From NCBI GenBank assembly GCA_045635965.1, contig JAZTWQ010000004.1, positions 36,204-100,203 on the forward strand: a stretch of 64,000 nt of DNA, given 5' to 3'. Made by a program: the position numbers and the translations under genes. Shown one piece after another: positions 1-9,651 of this stretch. The DNA is from Candidatus Gastranaerophilaceae bacterium (GTDB lineage: Bacteria; Cyanobacteriota; Vampirovibrionia; Gastranaerophilales; Gastranaerophilaceae). Every line of letters begins with the position of its first letter. Positions within the stretch are counted from its first letter, which is position 1. The notes below the pieces were generated by a model. That model did not search any database. It had not been told where the DNA came from and saw only the letters and a program-made list of their open reading frames with translations.

Positions 1-1
1 T

Positions 2-1162
2 ACAAACAACTTCTTCAAAACTATTGGTTTTGACTATATTTATGTTGAAGAAGGTAATAATGTTGAAAGATTAATTGAAGTTTTTGAAAAAGTTAAAAAT
101 ATTAATCATCCAATTATTGTACATGTTAAAACGCTTAAAGGCTGCGGTTTGGCTCAAGCGGAACAAAATAAAGAAAAATTTCACTGGGTTTGCCCTGGAA
201 TTTTGGATGAAACAACAAATACACAAGTTGCAGAATGTGAAACATACGAAAAAATCACAACCGATTTCATTTTAAACAAAGCAAAAGAAGATAAAACCGT
301 GTTGGCTATTACACCTGCAACCCCTGGGGCTACAGGATTTACAAAAGATTTTAGAGAAAAACTAGGAAAACAATATACAGATGTAGGTATCGCAGAAGAA
401 CATGCAATTGCTTATGCTTCAGCTATGGCAAAATGCGGCGCCAACCCATTTTTAGCAATATTGAGTTCGTTTGTCCAAAGAACTTATGACCAGTTGTCTC
501 AAGATTTATGTTTAAACAAATCTCCAATGACGATGTTAGTTTATTGGGGTGCTATTTCTGGTGCTGATTGCACGCATTTAGGTTGTTTTGATATTCCATT
601 AATATCTAATATTCCTAACATGGTTTATCTTGCACCAACATGCAAAGAAGAATATATTGCAATGTTAGAATATGCATACAAACAAAAAACTCATCCTTTA
701 GCAATTCGCGTACCTTTTACAGAAGTAATTTCAACTGGGGTTGAGGACAGGACTGATTATTCAATTTTAAATAAATTTAAACTCGAAGAAAAAGGTGAAA
801 AAGTTGCGATTTTAGGTTTAGGTAATTTCTTCCATTTGGCAAAAGATATAAAAACGGAATTAAAATCAAAATTTAACATTGACGCAACATTAATTAATCC
901 TAAATTTATAACAGGAATTGACAAAGAGATGCTTGAAGCTTTAAAGTCTAATCACTCAGTTGTAATCACACTAGAAGATGGACTTTTAAACGGAGGATTT
1001 GGTGAAAAAATAGCTCGTTTTTATGGCAATTCAGATACAAAAGTTTTGTGTTACGGCGCAACAAAAGAATTTACAGACAGAATTTCTCTAGATGAGCTCT
1101 ATACTAAATTCAGACTTAAAAAAGAATTAATAATAGAAGATATTATCAACACACTAAATTAA
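2..1162 (+). CDS. dxs: 1-deoxy-D-xylulose-5-phosphate synthase, C-terminal part (5' end lies outside the window)
   Basis: The frame is open from nt 2 (TNNFFKTIGFDYIYVEEGNN...HVKTLKGCG). It continues into the listed ORF with DXS-type transketolase Pyr/C-terminal motifs (DVGIAEEHAIAYASAMA, VQRTYDQLSQD). Confidence 0.85.
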   Translation, partial: TNNFFKTIGFDYIYVEEGNNVERLIEVFEKVKNINHPIIVHVKTLKGCGLAQAEQNKEKFHWVCPGILDETTNTQVAECETYEKITTDFILNKAKEDKTVLAITPATPGATGFTKDFREKLGKQYTDVGIAEEHAIAYASAMAKCGANPFLAILSSFVQRTYDQLSQDLCLNKSPMTMLVYWGAISGADCTHLGCFDIPLISNIPNMVYLAPTCKEEYIAMLEYAYKQKTHPLAIRVPFTEVISTGVEDRTDYSILNKFKLEEKGEKVAILGLGNFFHLAKDIKTELKSKFNIDATLINPKFITGIDKEMLEALKSNHSVVITLEDGLLNGGFGEKIARFYGNSDTKVLCYGATKEFTDRISLDELYTKFRLKKELIIEDIINTLN

Positions 1163-1171
1163 GGAGAAACA

Positions 1172-1651
1172 ATGCAAATAAATACAATTAATACAAATAA
1201 CAACACCCCAACATTTGGGCGAGTTATTTTTCATAACAAAAAACAACTTGCTAAATTAAGTAGAGAGGTAATTGATAACCTTATCGACACAGAATCAGTT
1301 AAAGAATTTTCTAAAAGAAAAGATTATGATTTACATATAACTACAGATTCCTATTTAAAAATTTTCAAATACAAAATAAAATCTGTTGGTCAAGGAATAC
1401 ATGGATTAATTAACAATTTTATTGCTCCTTGGAAAAAAATGAACACAACAGCTCTTTTTAAAAATGATTGCGATGAATATATAGAGATGTGGCATCCATC
1501 AAAAGAAGCCATAAAACGAGGTAGAAGACAAGCTAAAAAGGACGAGCTTGAAAGAAAAATCAGACTTAAAAAAATAGAAACTGAAGATAAAATAAGACAA
1601 AAAGAACACATTGAAATTCTAAAAAAAGTAGAAAATCAATCTATTAAATAG
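1172..1651 (+). CDS. hypothetical Lys/Glu-rich protein
   Basis: 159-aa ORF with GGAG 7 nt upstream of the ATG. N-terminus is MQINTINTNNNTPTFGRV. No recognisable family. Confidence 0.5.
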   Translation: MQINTINTNNNTPTFGRVIFHNKKQLAKLSREVIDNLIDTESVKEFSKRKDYDLHITTDSYLKIFKYKIKSVGQGIHGLINNFIAPWKKMNTTALFKNDCDEYIEMWHPSKEAIKRGRRQAKKDELERKIRLKKIETEDKIRQKEHIEILKKVENQSIK

Positions 1652-1727
1652 AAAAACATCCCATAAACGGGCGAAAGGCGTTGCTGAAAAGCAACGCCAC
1701 ATAATTACACGCCCATTCTATATTAAA

Positions 1728-1760
1728 AGCCCCACATCATAGCTGATGTTCGGCTTTTTT
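1728..1760. terminator. bidirectional rho-independent terminator hairpin
   Basis: AGCC..ACATCA-TAGC-TGATGT..GGCT stem followed by T6 on the plus strand. On the minus strand the stem is followed by TTTTAATA. Lies between convergent genes. Confidence 0.6.
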
Positions 1761-1764
1761 GATA

Positions 1765-2028
1765 TTACCTCGTTAATACTAAATCAAACCTGCAACGCGG
1801 GTTAATTTCAGCTTGCAAAGCCAAGCCCGCCTCCAAATCTTCTTTAGAAACAACGTTCAACGATAATAATATCTGCCCAACATACTCACTTCTGGTTTTT
1901 TGTAAGTCGAGCGCAACCGTAAGAGATTTTTCAGTAATTTTTCCTGCCATTAACAAGATTTCACCGATTTTTAGGCATCTTTCAATGTCTGCCCAGTCAC
2001 TAATGTCGTACAAATTTCTTTTCTTCAT
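1765..2028 (-). CDS. small stand-alone protein resembling the N-terminal domain of T2SS/T4P ATPases (GspE/MshE N-domain-like)
   Basis: 87 aa. Tandem pattern IGEILLMAGKITEKSLTVALDLQK...VGQILLSLNVVSKEDLEAGLALQ, as in T2SSE_N/MshEN domains. Confidence 0.45.
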   Translation of the reverse strand: MKKRNLYDISDWADIERCLKIGEILLMAGKITEKSLTVALDLQKTRSEYVGQILLSLNVVSKEDLEAGLALQAEINPRCRFDLVLTR

Positions 2029-2201
2029 TTTTCACCTCAATTAACTACCCTTGTCTATCTTTCACATTTTTTTATATTTGTATTATTCCCAAATTTTTAA
2101 TTTTATAACCATTTTTTGTAAAATCTTAACAATTTTTAAACTTTTAAGTTTTTTAGTGGTAAAATTATAATAAAATCAAGTACATAGTTGGAGGAAAAAA
2201 A

Positions 2202-3698
2202 GTGCAAGAAACTCAACAACATCATTCTACACAAGAAGATAATATTAGAGCTAGTAGAATACAAAAACTTGCTGAATTAGCGGATAGAGAAGTTAACCCA
2301 TACCCTTATTCATTTGACAAAAACGCTTCTGCAGCAGAATTACAAGAAAAATATAAAAATTTAGCTGCAGGCGAAGAAACAGAAGACAAATACGCTGTAG
2401 CTGGACGTATTATGGCAATGAGAAATTCAGGTATGTTTATTGACTTACTTGATGATTCTGGAAAAATCCAAATTTTCTGCCATAAAGAACACCTTGCAGA
2501 AGATAAAGTAAAAATGTTAAAGCTTATGGATGTTGGAGATATAGCCGGTTTTTATGGAACAATTAGAAGAACTCCTCGCGGTGAGCTTTCTATTAAAGTT
2601 ACAGACTACAAACTTTTAACAAAATCTATAAAAACATTACCAGAAAAATTCCACGGTTTAACAGACGTTGAAACTCGTTACAGACAACGTTATGTTGATT
2701 TGATTATGAATGAATCAACCCGTGATACATTGAGAAAAAGAAGCTTAATCATCCAAAAAATAAGAGAATATTTAGTAAATCTCGGATTCTTGGAAGTAGA
2801 AACACCAATGCTTCAAACACAAGCTGGTGGAGCGTCTGCTCGTCCATTTATTACACACCATAATACATTAGATATGGATATGTTTTTAAGAATTGCACCA
2901 GAACTTTATTTAAAACGCCTTTTAGTTGGTGGTATAAGTGAAAAAATCTTTGAATTAAATAGAAACTTTAGAAACGAAGGTATTTCACCTCGCCACAACC
3001 CTGAATTTACTATGGTTGAGATGTACCAAGCTTACGTTGATTATAACGACATGATGAATTTAATAGAAAATCTTGTAAGCTCTGTAGCTAAAGATGTTCT
3101 TGGTACAACAAAAATTACATTCCAAGGTAAAGAAATAGATTTAACTCCACCTTGGGATAGAAAAACAATGCTTGGAGCAGTTAAAGAATATACTGGGCTT
3201 GATTTTACAGATGTATTCAGCGTTGCTCAAGCTAAGAAAATGGCTGAAGAAATCGGTATAGAAGTTGAAGATAACGCAAACTGGGGACAAATTGTTGAAA
3301 CCGTGTTTGAAGAAAGAGTTGAACCACATCTAATTCAACCAGTTCACATTATTGACTACCCTAGAGAAATCTCTCCACTTGCGAAAGTTCATAGAGATAA
3401 CCCAAGATTAACAGAACGTTTTGAATCCCGTATCAACGGATGGGAAATCTGTAACGCATTCTCTGAATTAACAGATCCAATTGACCAAAGAACCCGCTTT
3501 GAAACGCAAGCAAAAGCAAAAGCTGAAGGCGATGAAGAAGCATGCGATGTTGACGATGATTTTATTAACGCATTAGAATATGGCATGCCTCCTGCCGGTG
3601 GTTTGGGCATGGGAATTGATAGATTGGTTATGCTTTTGACCGATTCTCCTACAATTCGTGATGTAATTGCGTTCCCAACTATGAGACCTTTAAACTAA
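2202..3698 (+). CDS. lysS: lysine--tRNA ligase (class II)
   Basis: 498 aa, GTG start after GGAGG. Has an OB anticodon domain and class II motifs (FRNEGIS..HNPEFT, GGLGMGIDRLVMLL). Confidence 0.95.
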   Translation: MQETQQHHSTQEDNIRASRIQKLAELADREVNPYPYSFDKNASAAELQEKYKNLAAGEETEDKYAVAGRIMAMRNSGMFIDLLDDSGKIQIFCHKEHLAEDKVKMLKLMDVGDIAGFYGTIRRTPRGELSIKVTDYKLLTKSIKTLPEKFHGLTDVETRYRQRYVDLIMNESTRDTLRKRSLIIQKIREYLVNLGFLEVETPMLQTQAGGASARPFITHHNTLDMDMFLRIAPELYLKRLLVGGISEKIFELNRNFRNEGISPRHNPEFTMVEMYQAYVDYNDMMNLIENLVSSVAKDVLGTTKITFQGKEIDLTPPWDRKTMLGAVKEYTGLDFTDVFSVAQAKKMAEEIGIEVEDNANWGQIVETVFEERVEPHLIQPVHIIDYPREISPLAKVHRDNPRLTERFESRINGWEICNAFSELTDPIDQRTRFETQAKAKAEGDEEACDVDDDFINALEYGMPPAGGLGMGIDRLVMLLTDSPTIRDVIAFPTMRPLN

Positions 3699-3812
3699 TA
3701 ACTCAAAAAAAGAAAAGCTTAAAACGCGCTCTATGAGGACATCTTCAGGAACGCGTTTTTTACTAGCAAGAAAAAACCCTTATAAAACAACCATTTGGAG
3801 GATAAAAAGTGC

Positions 3813-3840
3813 TTGCTAATTTTTAAAATTCAATTATAAT
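3813..3840 (+). promoter_or_regulatory. putative sigma70-type promoter of hup
   Basis: TTGCTA, 16-nt spacer, TATAAT, ending about 30 nt upstream of the hup ATG. Confidence 0.45.
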
Positions 3841-3870
3841 AAGAATGTAGACTAAAAAAAGGAGTTTAAA

Positions 3871-4149
3871 ATGAACAAAGAAGAATTAGTACAAGAAGTT
3901 TCAAAAAAAGCTAAAGTTACTCAAAAAGAAGCTGCTGAAGTTGTTAACGCTTTAATGGATACAATTCAATCAACAGTTGCTAAAGGAACAAAAGTTACTT
4001 TAGTTGGTTTCGGTACTTTCGAAGCTAGAAAAAGAGCTGCTAGAACTGGCCGTAACCCACAAACTGGCAAAGAAATCAAAATCGCTGCTAAAACAGTTCC
4101 TGCTTTCTCAGCTGGTAAAAAATTCAAAGATCTTGTTAACAAAAAATAG
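3871..4149 (+). CDS. hup: HU family DNA-binding protein
   Basis: 92 aa. MNKEELV...GFGTFEARKRAARTGRNPQTGKEIKIAA is the canonical HU/IHF arm. Confidence 0.9.
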   Translation: MNKEELVQEVSKKAKVTQKEAAEVVNALMDTIQSTVAKGTKVTLVGFGTFEARKRAARTGRNPQTGKEIKIAAKTVPAFSAGKKFKDLVNKK

Positions 4150-4176
4150 TTTTTGTTTTTTGTTAAAAACAGATTT

Positions 4177-4213
4177 AAAAACACCTTGGCTTCTGAGCCA
4201 AGGTGTTTTTTTA
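4177..4213 (+). terminator. rho-independent terminator of hup
   Basis: AAAACACCTTGGCT-TCTG-AGCCAAGGTGTTTT perfect stem followed by a T run. Confidence 0.8.
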
Positions 4214-4387
4214 TGTATCCTTATATATATAGCAAAACATACATTAAAAAAGCTCTATATAACGTTACAATCCCCCTTATTGCTTAGAGAATTTAGCATT
4301 GAGATTGCACTTGCTCAAACATTCATGAAAACAAGTAAAACAGCTATAACAAATTGTGGTAATTCATTTATAAAAAATGCATAATAA

Positions 4388-4422
4388 AACGAAAAGGCAC
4401 CCCTTATGGTGTGCCTTTTCGT
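4388..4422 (-). terminator. rho-independent terminator directly after rplR
   Basis: GAAAAGGCAC / GTGCCTTTTC 10-bp stem. On the minus strand it is followed by GTTTTATTAT, 20 nt after the rplR stop. Confidence 0.7.
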
Positions 4423-4440
4423 AAATAACTAATTTAAAAA

Positions 4441-4809
4441 CTAGAAGTTCAAACCAGCTTCTCTAGCAGCATCTGCCAACGCCGCAACACGTCCATGATA
4501 AACGAATCCGCCTCTGTCAAATACTACATCACTGATACCAGCTTTAATAGCTTTTTTAGCAACAGCTTCACCAACGATTTTTGCAGCGTCGATGTTTCCA
4601 CCGTGAGCTAATTTTTCTTTCAAATCTTTATCATTTGAAGAAGCAGAAGCAATTGTTACCCTTTTTACGTCATCAATAACTTGAGCGTAAATATGTTTTG
4701 TACTTCTGTATACTGCTAATCTAGGGCATTCAGTTGTACCAGATAATTTAACTCTTAATCTAGCATGTCTTTTTCTGTTTTGAGCTTTTTTGTTTACTTG
4801 TTTAATCAT
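4441..4809 (-). CDS. rplR: 50S ribosomal protein L18
   Basis: [18 protein letters not shown]...[26 protein letters not shown]. Confidence 0.95.
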   Translation of the reverse strand: MIKQVNKKAQNRKRHARLRVKLSGTTECPRLAVYRSTKHIYAQVIDDVKRVTIASASSNDKDLKEKLAHGGNIDAAKIVGEAVAKKAIKAGISDVVFDRGGFVYHGRVAALADAAREAGLNF

Positions 4810-4954
4810 TTTTCTTTCCTTTCACCCAATCTATTTCGCCTCTACGAATAGATTATACTGGCTAATTACTATGTACTTTATTAGGTTTATCCCTAACCTC
4901 TTAAAAGATAGAATTGAGTTAAATAAATTCAACCCAATTCTAATCAATTTAAGC

Positions 4955-5494
4955 CTATTTTTTACCTGTTTTACCAGCTTTACGTCTGATAAATTCACCT
5001 TCGTATTTAATACCTTTTCCTTTGTATACTTCAGGTGGTCTTTTTCCTCTAATTTCAGCTGCAACATCACCAACTAATTGTTTGTTAGCACCTGAAACAC
5101 GGATTTTTGTGTTTGCTTCAACTTCGATTTTGATACCGGCAGGAGCGCTAATCACAACTGGGTGAGAATAGCCCAAAGCCAAGTTCAAATCATTGCCTTG
5201 CATTGATGCTCTGTAACCAACACCAACAATCTCTAGTTTTTTCTCGAAACCTGATTTAACACCTGTAACAAGGTTGTTAACCAATGTTCTGGACAAACCA
5301 TGCAAAGCTCTTACTTTTCTATCATCACTTGTTCTAGTAATTACAAGTGAATTTTCTTCTTGCGCTATAGCAATTTCTGGACGTAATTCTAATGTTTCAG
5401 TACCCAAAGGTCCAACTGCTGTGATTTTTTGACCTTCCACTGTAACTTTTACGCCTTCTGGGATAGCGACAGGTAATTTACCTATACGTGACAT
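4955..5494 (-). CDS. rplF: 50S ribosomal protein L6
   Basis: MSRIGKLPVAIPEGVKV... at the conserved operon position. Confidence 0.95.
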   Translation of the reverse strand: MSRIGKLPVAIPEGVKVTVEGQKITAVGPLGTETLELRPEIAIAQEENSLVITRTSDDRKVRALHGLSRTLVNNLVTGVKSGFEKKLEIVGVGYRASMQGNDLNLALGYSHPVVISAPAGIKIEVEANTKIRVSGANKQLVGDVAAEIRGKRPPEVYKGKGIKYEGEFIRRKAGKTGKK

Positions 5495-5577
5495 TTTTTT
5501 ATCTCCAATTTAATTGTTTACTATTTATACTCTTACTAGTTGCGTACATTTTTTGTACGCATCATTCGTAAATTCAA

Positions 5578-5973
5578 TTACCAAACGTAGCAAAGAATTT
5601 CGCCACCGATGTTTTCTTTTCTTGCTTTTCTGTCAGTTAACAAACCTTTGCTTGTTGACACAATCGCAATACCCAAACCACCTAAAACTTTAGGTAAGTT
5701 TTTAGATTTACAATAAGTTCTCAAACCTGGTTTTGAAACTCTTTTTAAGTTTGTAATAACTGGTTTGTTTTCTTCATCGTATTTTAAAACGATATTCAAT
5801 ACTTTAAAATTACCAGAGTCTTTAACTTCATAATCTGTAATCATACCTTCAGATTTAAGAAGTTTAGCCAATTCAACTTTCAATTTTGAAGAAGGCATAG
5901 AAACTTCTGGATGAGAAACCATATTTGCGTTTCTGATTCTTGTTAGCATATCTGCTATTGGATCTGTGTTCAT
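5578..5973 (-). CDS. rpsH: 30S ribosomal protein S8
   Basis: [13 protein letters not shown] motif, 131 aa. Confidence 0.95.
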   Translation of the reverse strand: MNTDPIADMLTRIRNANMVSHPEVSMPSSKLKVELAKLLKSEGMITDYEVKDSGNFKVLNIVLKYDEENKPVITNLKRVSKPGLRTYCKSKNLPKVLGGLGIAIVSTSKGLLTDRKARKENIGGEILCYVW

Positions 5974-6153
5974 TTCTTTTTCCTTTTCTTTTTGCCAGTA
6001 AAGTTTTAAAAGAATTCTGCTTAATTAGTTCGTGCGTCGAATACATTCATACTCGCCACATCGGCGGACTTCCCTTAAAACCTTCTGAACTAACTACTTA
6101 CATGAATTTTTCAAGCAGTATAGTTAGATAATTATTAAACTATTAATAAAAAC

Positions 6154-6360
6154 CTACCAACTAGCTTTAGTAACACCTGGGAGTAAGCCTCTATGAGCCA
6201 TTTCTCTCAAGTGGATTCTGCACAAGCCGAAATCTCTATTATAACCATGAGGACGGCCACAAATAGAACAACGGTTGTGAAGTCTTACTTTAGGATATTT
6301 TCCTTTTAAAGCAAGTTCCATTCTTTTTAGTTCTTTGTTTATCATCGCTTTTTTAGCCAC
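6154..6360 (-). CDS. rpsN: 30S ribosomal protein S14, short type-Z-like form
   Basis: 68 aa ending LPGVTKASW. Metal site is CSIC...CRIH (Cys3-His instead of Cys4). GTG start after GGAG. Confidence 0.9.
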   Translation of the reverse strand: MAKKAMINKELKRMELALKGKYPKVRLHNRCSICGRPHGYNRDFGLCRIHLREMAHRGLLPGVTKASW

Positions 6361-6451
6361 GATTTTATCTCCTTATCGTTTATTGTTTTTGATTTGCTTT
6401 AGCTTATCCAATGCTTGAGGTTTCCCCCAAGCATTTATAATAAGCATGTTG

Positions 6452-7000
6452 TTATTTTTTAAACGGTACACCCAACTCAGCAAGAAGAGCTCTTCCTTCT
6501 TCGTCAGTGTTAGCCGTAGTAATAATCGAAATGTTCATACCTTGTATCACATCAACTTCATCATAAGAAATTTCTGGGAACAAAGCTTGTTCTTTCAAAC
6601 CTAGAGTATAGTTTCCACGTCCATCAAATGATTTTGAAGAAACACCTCTGAAGTCTCTGATTCTAGGTAAAACTACGCAGTTAAGTTTTTGTAAGAAATC
6701 ATACATTCTTTGACCACGTAAAGTAACCATTGCACCAACCGGCATACCTTCTCTTAATTTGAAAGTTGCAATTGATTTTTTAGCTCTTGTAATAACGCAT
6801 TTTTGACCTGCGATTTTAGAAAGCTGTTTTACAATAGTTTCAGCTAATTTTGAGTTATGAGTACACTCACCAGCTCCCATATTGATAACAATTTTGTTCA
6901 ATCTTGGTACTTGGTGAACATTTTTATAACCGAATTTATCGATTAATGCTTTTTTTACTTCTGACTCGTATCTTTCTTTTAAGTTTTTTGTTGTTGTCAT
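6452..7000 (-). CDS. rplE: 50S ribosomal protein L5
   Basis: LKERYESEV...[12 protein letters not shown], 182 aa. Confidence 0.95.
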   Translation of the reverse strand: MTTTKNLKERYESEVKKALIDKFGYKNVHQVPRLNKIVINMGAGECTHNSKLAETIVKQLSKIAGQKCVITRAKKSIATFKLREGMPVGAMVTLRGQRMYDFLQKLNCVVLPRIRDFRGVSSKSFDGRGNYTLGLKEQALFPEISYDEVDVIQGMNISIITTANTDEEGRALLAELGVPFKK

Positions 7001-7117
7001 TTTTCTTTTTCCTTCTTAAGTAGAATGCAAATTCGATTCCAACTTTTTCTTCATTATACCTCAAACATAAATTTTAGGTAAACAGGCAAAGCCAAAACCA
7101 ATTTGCCCATACGTTAA

Positions 7118-7471
7118 TTATACATCAAGTTGTTCGCCACATTTTTTGCAAACACGAACTTTCTTCTCGTTAACTACATCATATTTAATTCTTGTAGCTT
7201 TTTCACAAGAAGGGCAATAAAGCATAACTTTTGAACAATTCATAGGCGCTTCAAATTTAGTTAAACCACCTTGAATACCTGCCATTGGGTTAGCTTTAAC
7301 TGCTTTTGTTACCATATTCACACCTTCAACAACTACTTTTGCATCTTTTGTGAATACTTTGCTTACGCTTCCGATTTTACCTTTATCTTTACCGGAAATA
7401 ACAATAACTCTGTCACCTTTTTTTACGTGAAGTTTATTATTGATTTTTGATTTTTCTTGTCTTTTCATCAT
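7118..7471 (-). CDS. rplX: 50S ribosomal protein L24 (with C-terminal CxxC...CxxC)
   Basis: [23 protein letters not shown] motif. C-terminal part is CPSCEKATR...CKKCG. Confidence 0.93.
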   Translation of the reverse strand: MMKRQEKSKINNKLHVKKGDRVIVISGKDKGKIGSVSKVFTKDAKVVVEGVNMVTKAVKANPMAGIQGGLTKFEAPMNCSKVMLYCPSCEKATRIKYDVVNEKKVRVCKKCGEQLDV

Positions 7472-7482
7472 GGTCGTATCTC

Positions 7483-7851
7483 CTAAATTACCTCAGGAGC
7501 CAAAGAGATAATCTTCATAAAGTTTTTATCTCTCAACTCACGAGCAACTGGTCCAAACACACGAGTTCCGCGTGGGTTGCCGTCTTTGTTTATAATTACT
7601 GCCGCGTTTTCATCAAATCTGATTACAGAACCATCTGCACGTTTGATATCAGCTTTAGTTCTTACTACTACAGCTTTTACAACTTCAGATTTTTTAACAG
7701 GCATATTAGGGTTAGCGTCTTTTACAGTCGCTACGATAACATCACCAACACCTGCAAAAGATCTGTTTGATCCACCCATAACGCGGATACATAAAAGTTC
7801 TTTAGCACCTGTGTTGTCTGCTACTACTAATCTAGACTCTTGTTGTATCAT
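7483..7851 (-). CDS. rplN: 50S ribosomal protein L14
   Basis: [17 protein letters not shown]... Start moved to the internal ATG that gives the canonical 122-aa L14. Confidence 0.93.
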   Translation of the reverse strand: MIQQESRLVVADNTGAKELLCIRVMGGSNRSFAGVGDVIVATVKDANPNMPVKKSEVVKAVVVRTKADIKRADGSVIRFDENAAVIINKDGNPRGTRVFGPVARELRDKNFMKIISLAPEVI

Positions 7852-7966
7852 TTTCCTTTTTCCTTTTACTTGCTTGATAACCAAGCGTTTGTGTCTCTCA
7901 ATAGTGGACAGGCAAGCCTTATACCTACTCTGTCATATTGCATTTAACCTATCATTTTATTTAATT

Positions 7967-8010
7967 AAAGTTTCAACATAATTTTTTTTGCTAATTATGT
8001 TGAAAACTTT
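7967..8010 (-). terminator. long hairpin at the S10/spc operon boundary (attenuator or terminator)
   Basis: AAAGTTTCAACATAATT / AATTATGTTGAAAACTTT, 17-bp stem with one bulge, just after the rpsQ stop and upstream of rplN. Confidence 0.45.
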
Positions 8011-8018
8011 AACCAAAT

Positions 8019-8264
8019 CTATTTTGCTCTTTCAACGATAGATTCAACCACCCAGCGTTTGTCGCCAGAAATTGGTTTTGATTCGATAATTCTAACTACA
8101 TCACCTTCTTGACACGCATTGTTAGCATCATGAGCTTTGTAGTTTTTAGTTGTTTCGATAATTTTCTTATATTTTGGGTGCGGAGCAAATTCTGAAACTT
8201 TCACAACTGCTGTTTTGTCCATTTTAGAACTTACCACGATTCCTTGTTTTTCTTTTTTAGGCAT
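8019..8264 (-). CDS. rpsQ: 30S ribosomal protein S17
   Basis: KQGIVVSSKMDKTAVVKV, 81 aa. Confidence 0.95.
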   Translation of the reverse strand: MPKKEKQGIVVSSKMDKTAVVKVSEFAPHPKYKKIIETTKNYKAHDANNACQEGDVVRIIESKPISGDKRWVVESIVERAK

Positions 8265-8275
8265 TTTATAACCCC

Positions 8276-8464
8276 TTAGTTACTTTTTTCTGTAATTACT
8301 GTTTTAATTTGTGCAATAGATTTTCTAACTTCGCCGATTTTAGCTGTATTTTCAAGCTTGTGCATTGATTTTTGTAATCTTAAGTTGAATAGCTCCTGCT
8401 TAAGTTCTACAACTTTATTGCCAAGTTCTTCTACTGACATTTCTCTGATTTCTTGTATCTTCAT
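8276..8464 (-). CDS. rpmC: 50S ribosomal protein L29
   Basis: IREMSVEELGNKVVELKQELFNLRLQ. Confidence 0.93.
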   Translation of the reverse strand: MKIQEIREMSVEELGNKVVELKQELFNLRLQKSMHKLENTAKIGEVRKSIAQIKTVITEKSN

Positions 8465-8475
8465 AATGTCACCTA

Positions 8476-8880
8476 TTATTTTTCAACGATTCTAACTTTA
8501 ATAGGAAGTTTTTGTGCAGCTAACTCTAGCGCTCTTACTGCTGTATCGCGTTCTGGGTAATCCAATTCGAACAACATTCTTCCTGGTTTAACTACTGCTA
8601 CCCAATATTCTGGGTTACCTTTACCTTTACCCATACGAGTTTCAGCAGGTTTTGCAGTGATTGGTTTATCAGGGAAAATTTTAATCCAAACGTTACCGCC
8701 TCTTTTGATTTCACGAGTCATTGCACGTCTAGCAGCCTCAATCTGACGGCTTGTAATCCAAGCTGGTTCAGTTGATTGTAAACCAAAGTTACCAAATTCT
8801 AAAACGGTACCTCTAGTTTCGGAGCCTGTCATTCTCCCTTTCATTTTTTTACGATATTTTGTCTTTTTGGGCATTAACAT
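8476..8880 (-). CDS. rplP: 50S ribosomal protein L16
   Basis: [11 protein letters not shown]...[12 protein letters not shown]. Confidence 0.95.
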   Translation of the reverse strand: MLMPKKTKYRKKMKGRMTGSETRGTVLEFGNFGLQSTEPAWITSRQIEAARRAMTREIKRGGNVWIKIFPDKPITAKPAETRMGKGKGNPEYWVAVVKPGRMLFELDYPERDTAVRALELAAQKLPIKVRIVEK

Positions 8881-8899
8881 GATTGTTTTTCGCTCCTAA

Positions 8900-9640
8900 T
8901 TATTCTTCTACTTTATCTGTTCTTGGTCTTCTTTTACCGCGTCTTCCGATAGCTTTTTCTTCTGTCGCGTTTTGACCAATTTTTTTAGATTTGATGTTTC
9001 TATCAGCCATTTCTCCAGGCATTAAGTTACCTTTAAATACCCAAACTTTTACGCCGATTTTACCCATCACTGTATCAGCTTCAGTGAAACCATAATCAAC
9101 ATCAGCTCTAAGTGTTTGAAGAGGGATTCTTCCTTCTTTTGCCCACTCAGAACGAGCGATTTCAGCACCACCTAAACGACCAGATACCATAACTTTGATA
9201 CCTTGAACGCCAGAGCGCATTGTTCTTTGCATAGCTTGTTTCATTGCGCGTCTGAAAGCGATACGTTTTTCTAATTGCTGTGCGATGTTTTCCGCTACTA
9301 ATTGAGCTTCTGCATCTATTCTTGCAACTTCAACTACATCAATTGTAACTTGTTTATTGATAAGTTTTTGAACTTCAGCTCTCAATTCTTCAATTCCTTG
9401 ACCGCCACGTCCAACTACGATACCAGGTTTAGCTGTTACAACTGTTACAGTAACGTTTTGAGCTTTTCTTGCGATAAGAATTCTTGCAACGCCAGCTGCA
9501 TATAGTTTTTTCTTAATGAATTTTCTTAATTTAGCATCTTCTGCTACGAATTCAGGGTAATCTTTCTTAGCAAACCATGTGCTTTCCCAAGGTTGGATTA
9601 CACCGACTCTGAATCCTTTTGGGTGAGTTTTTTGTCCCAC
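8900..9640 (-). CDS. rpsC: 30S ribosomal protein S3 (with basic C-terminal extension)
   Basis: [15 protein letters not shown] domain, 246 aa. Confidence 0.95.
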   Translation of the reverse strand: MGQKTHPKGFRVGVIQPWESTWFAKKDYPEFVAEDAKLRKFIKKKLYAAGVARILIARKAQNVTVTVVTAKPGIVVGRGGQGIEELRAEVQKLINKQVTIDVVEVARIDAEAQLVAENIAQQLEKRIAFRRAMKQAMQRTMRSGVQGIKVMVSGRLGGAEIARSEWAKEGRIPLQTLRADVDYGFTEADTVMGKIGVKVWVFKGNLMPGEMADRNIKSKKIGQNATEEKAIGRRGKRRPRTDKVEE

Positions 9641-9651
9641 TTTATGTTCTC

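Noticed and set aside
1677-1698. Hairpin GGCGTTGC-TGAAAA-GCAACGCC as the terminator of the 1172..1651 gene
   Set aside because: It is not followed by a U run. The adjacent hairpin at 1728-1760 with T6 is the better terminator. It is kept only as a possible RNA stability element.
2029-2201. Possible T-box or riboswitch leader upstream of lysS
   Set aside because: The region is short, very AT-rich, and shows no specifier, antiterminator or conserved T-box-like sequence that I could recognise.
7577-7981. Plus-strand ORFs antisense to the ribosomal protein genes (for example 7447..7770, 7577..7981, 9302..9505, 12285..12566, 12629..12832)
   Set aside because: They overlap strongly identified minus-strand r-protein genes. 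They have no RBS or family resemblance and odd composition. They are shadow ORFs.
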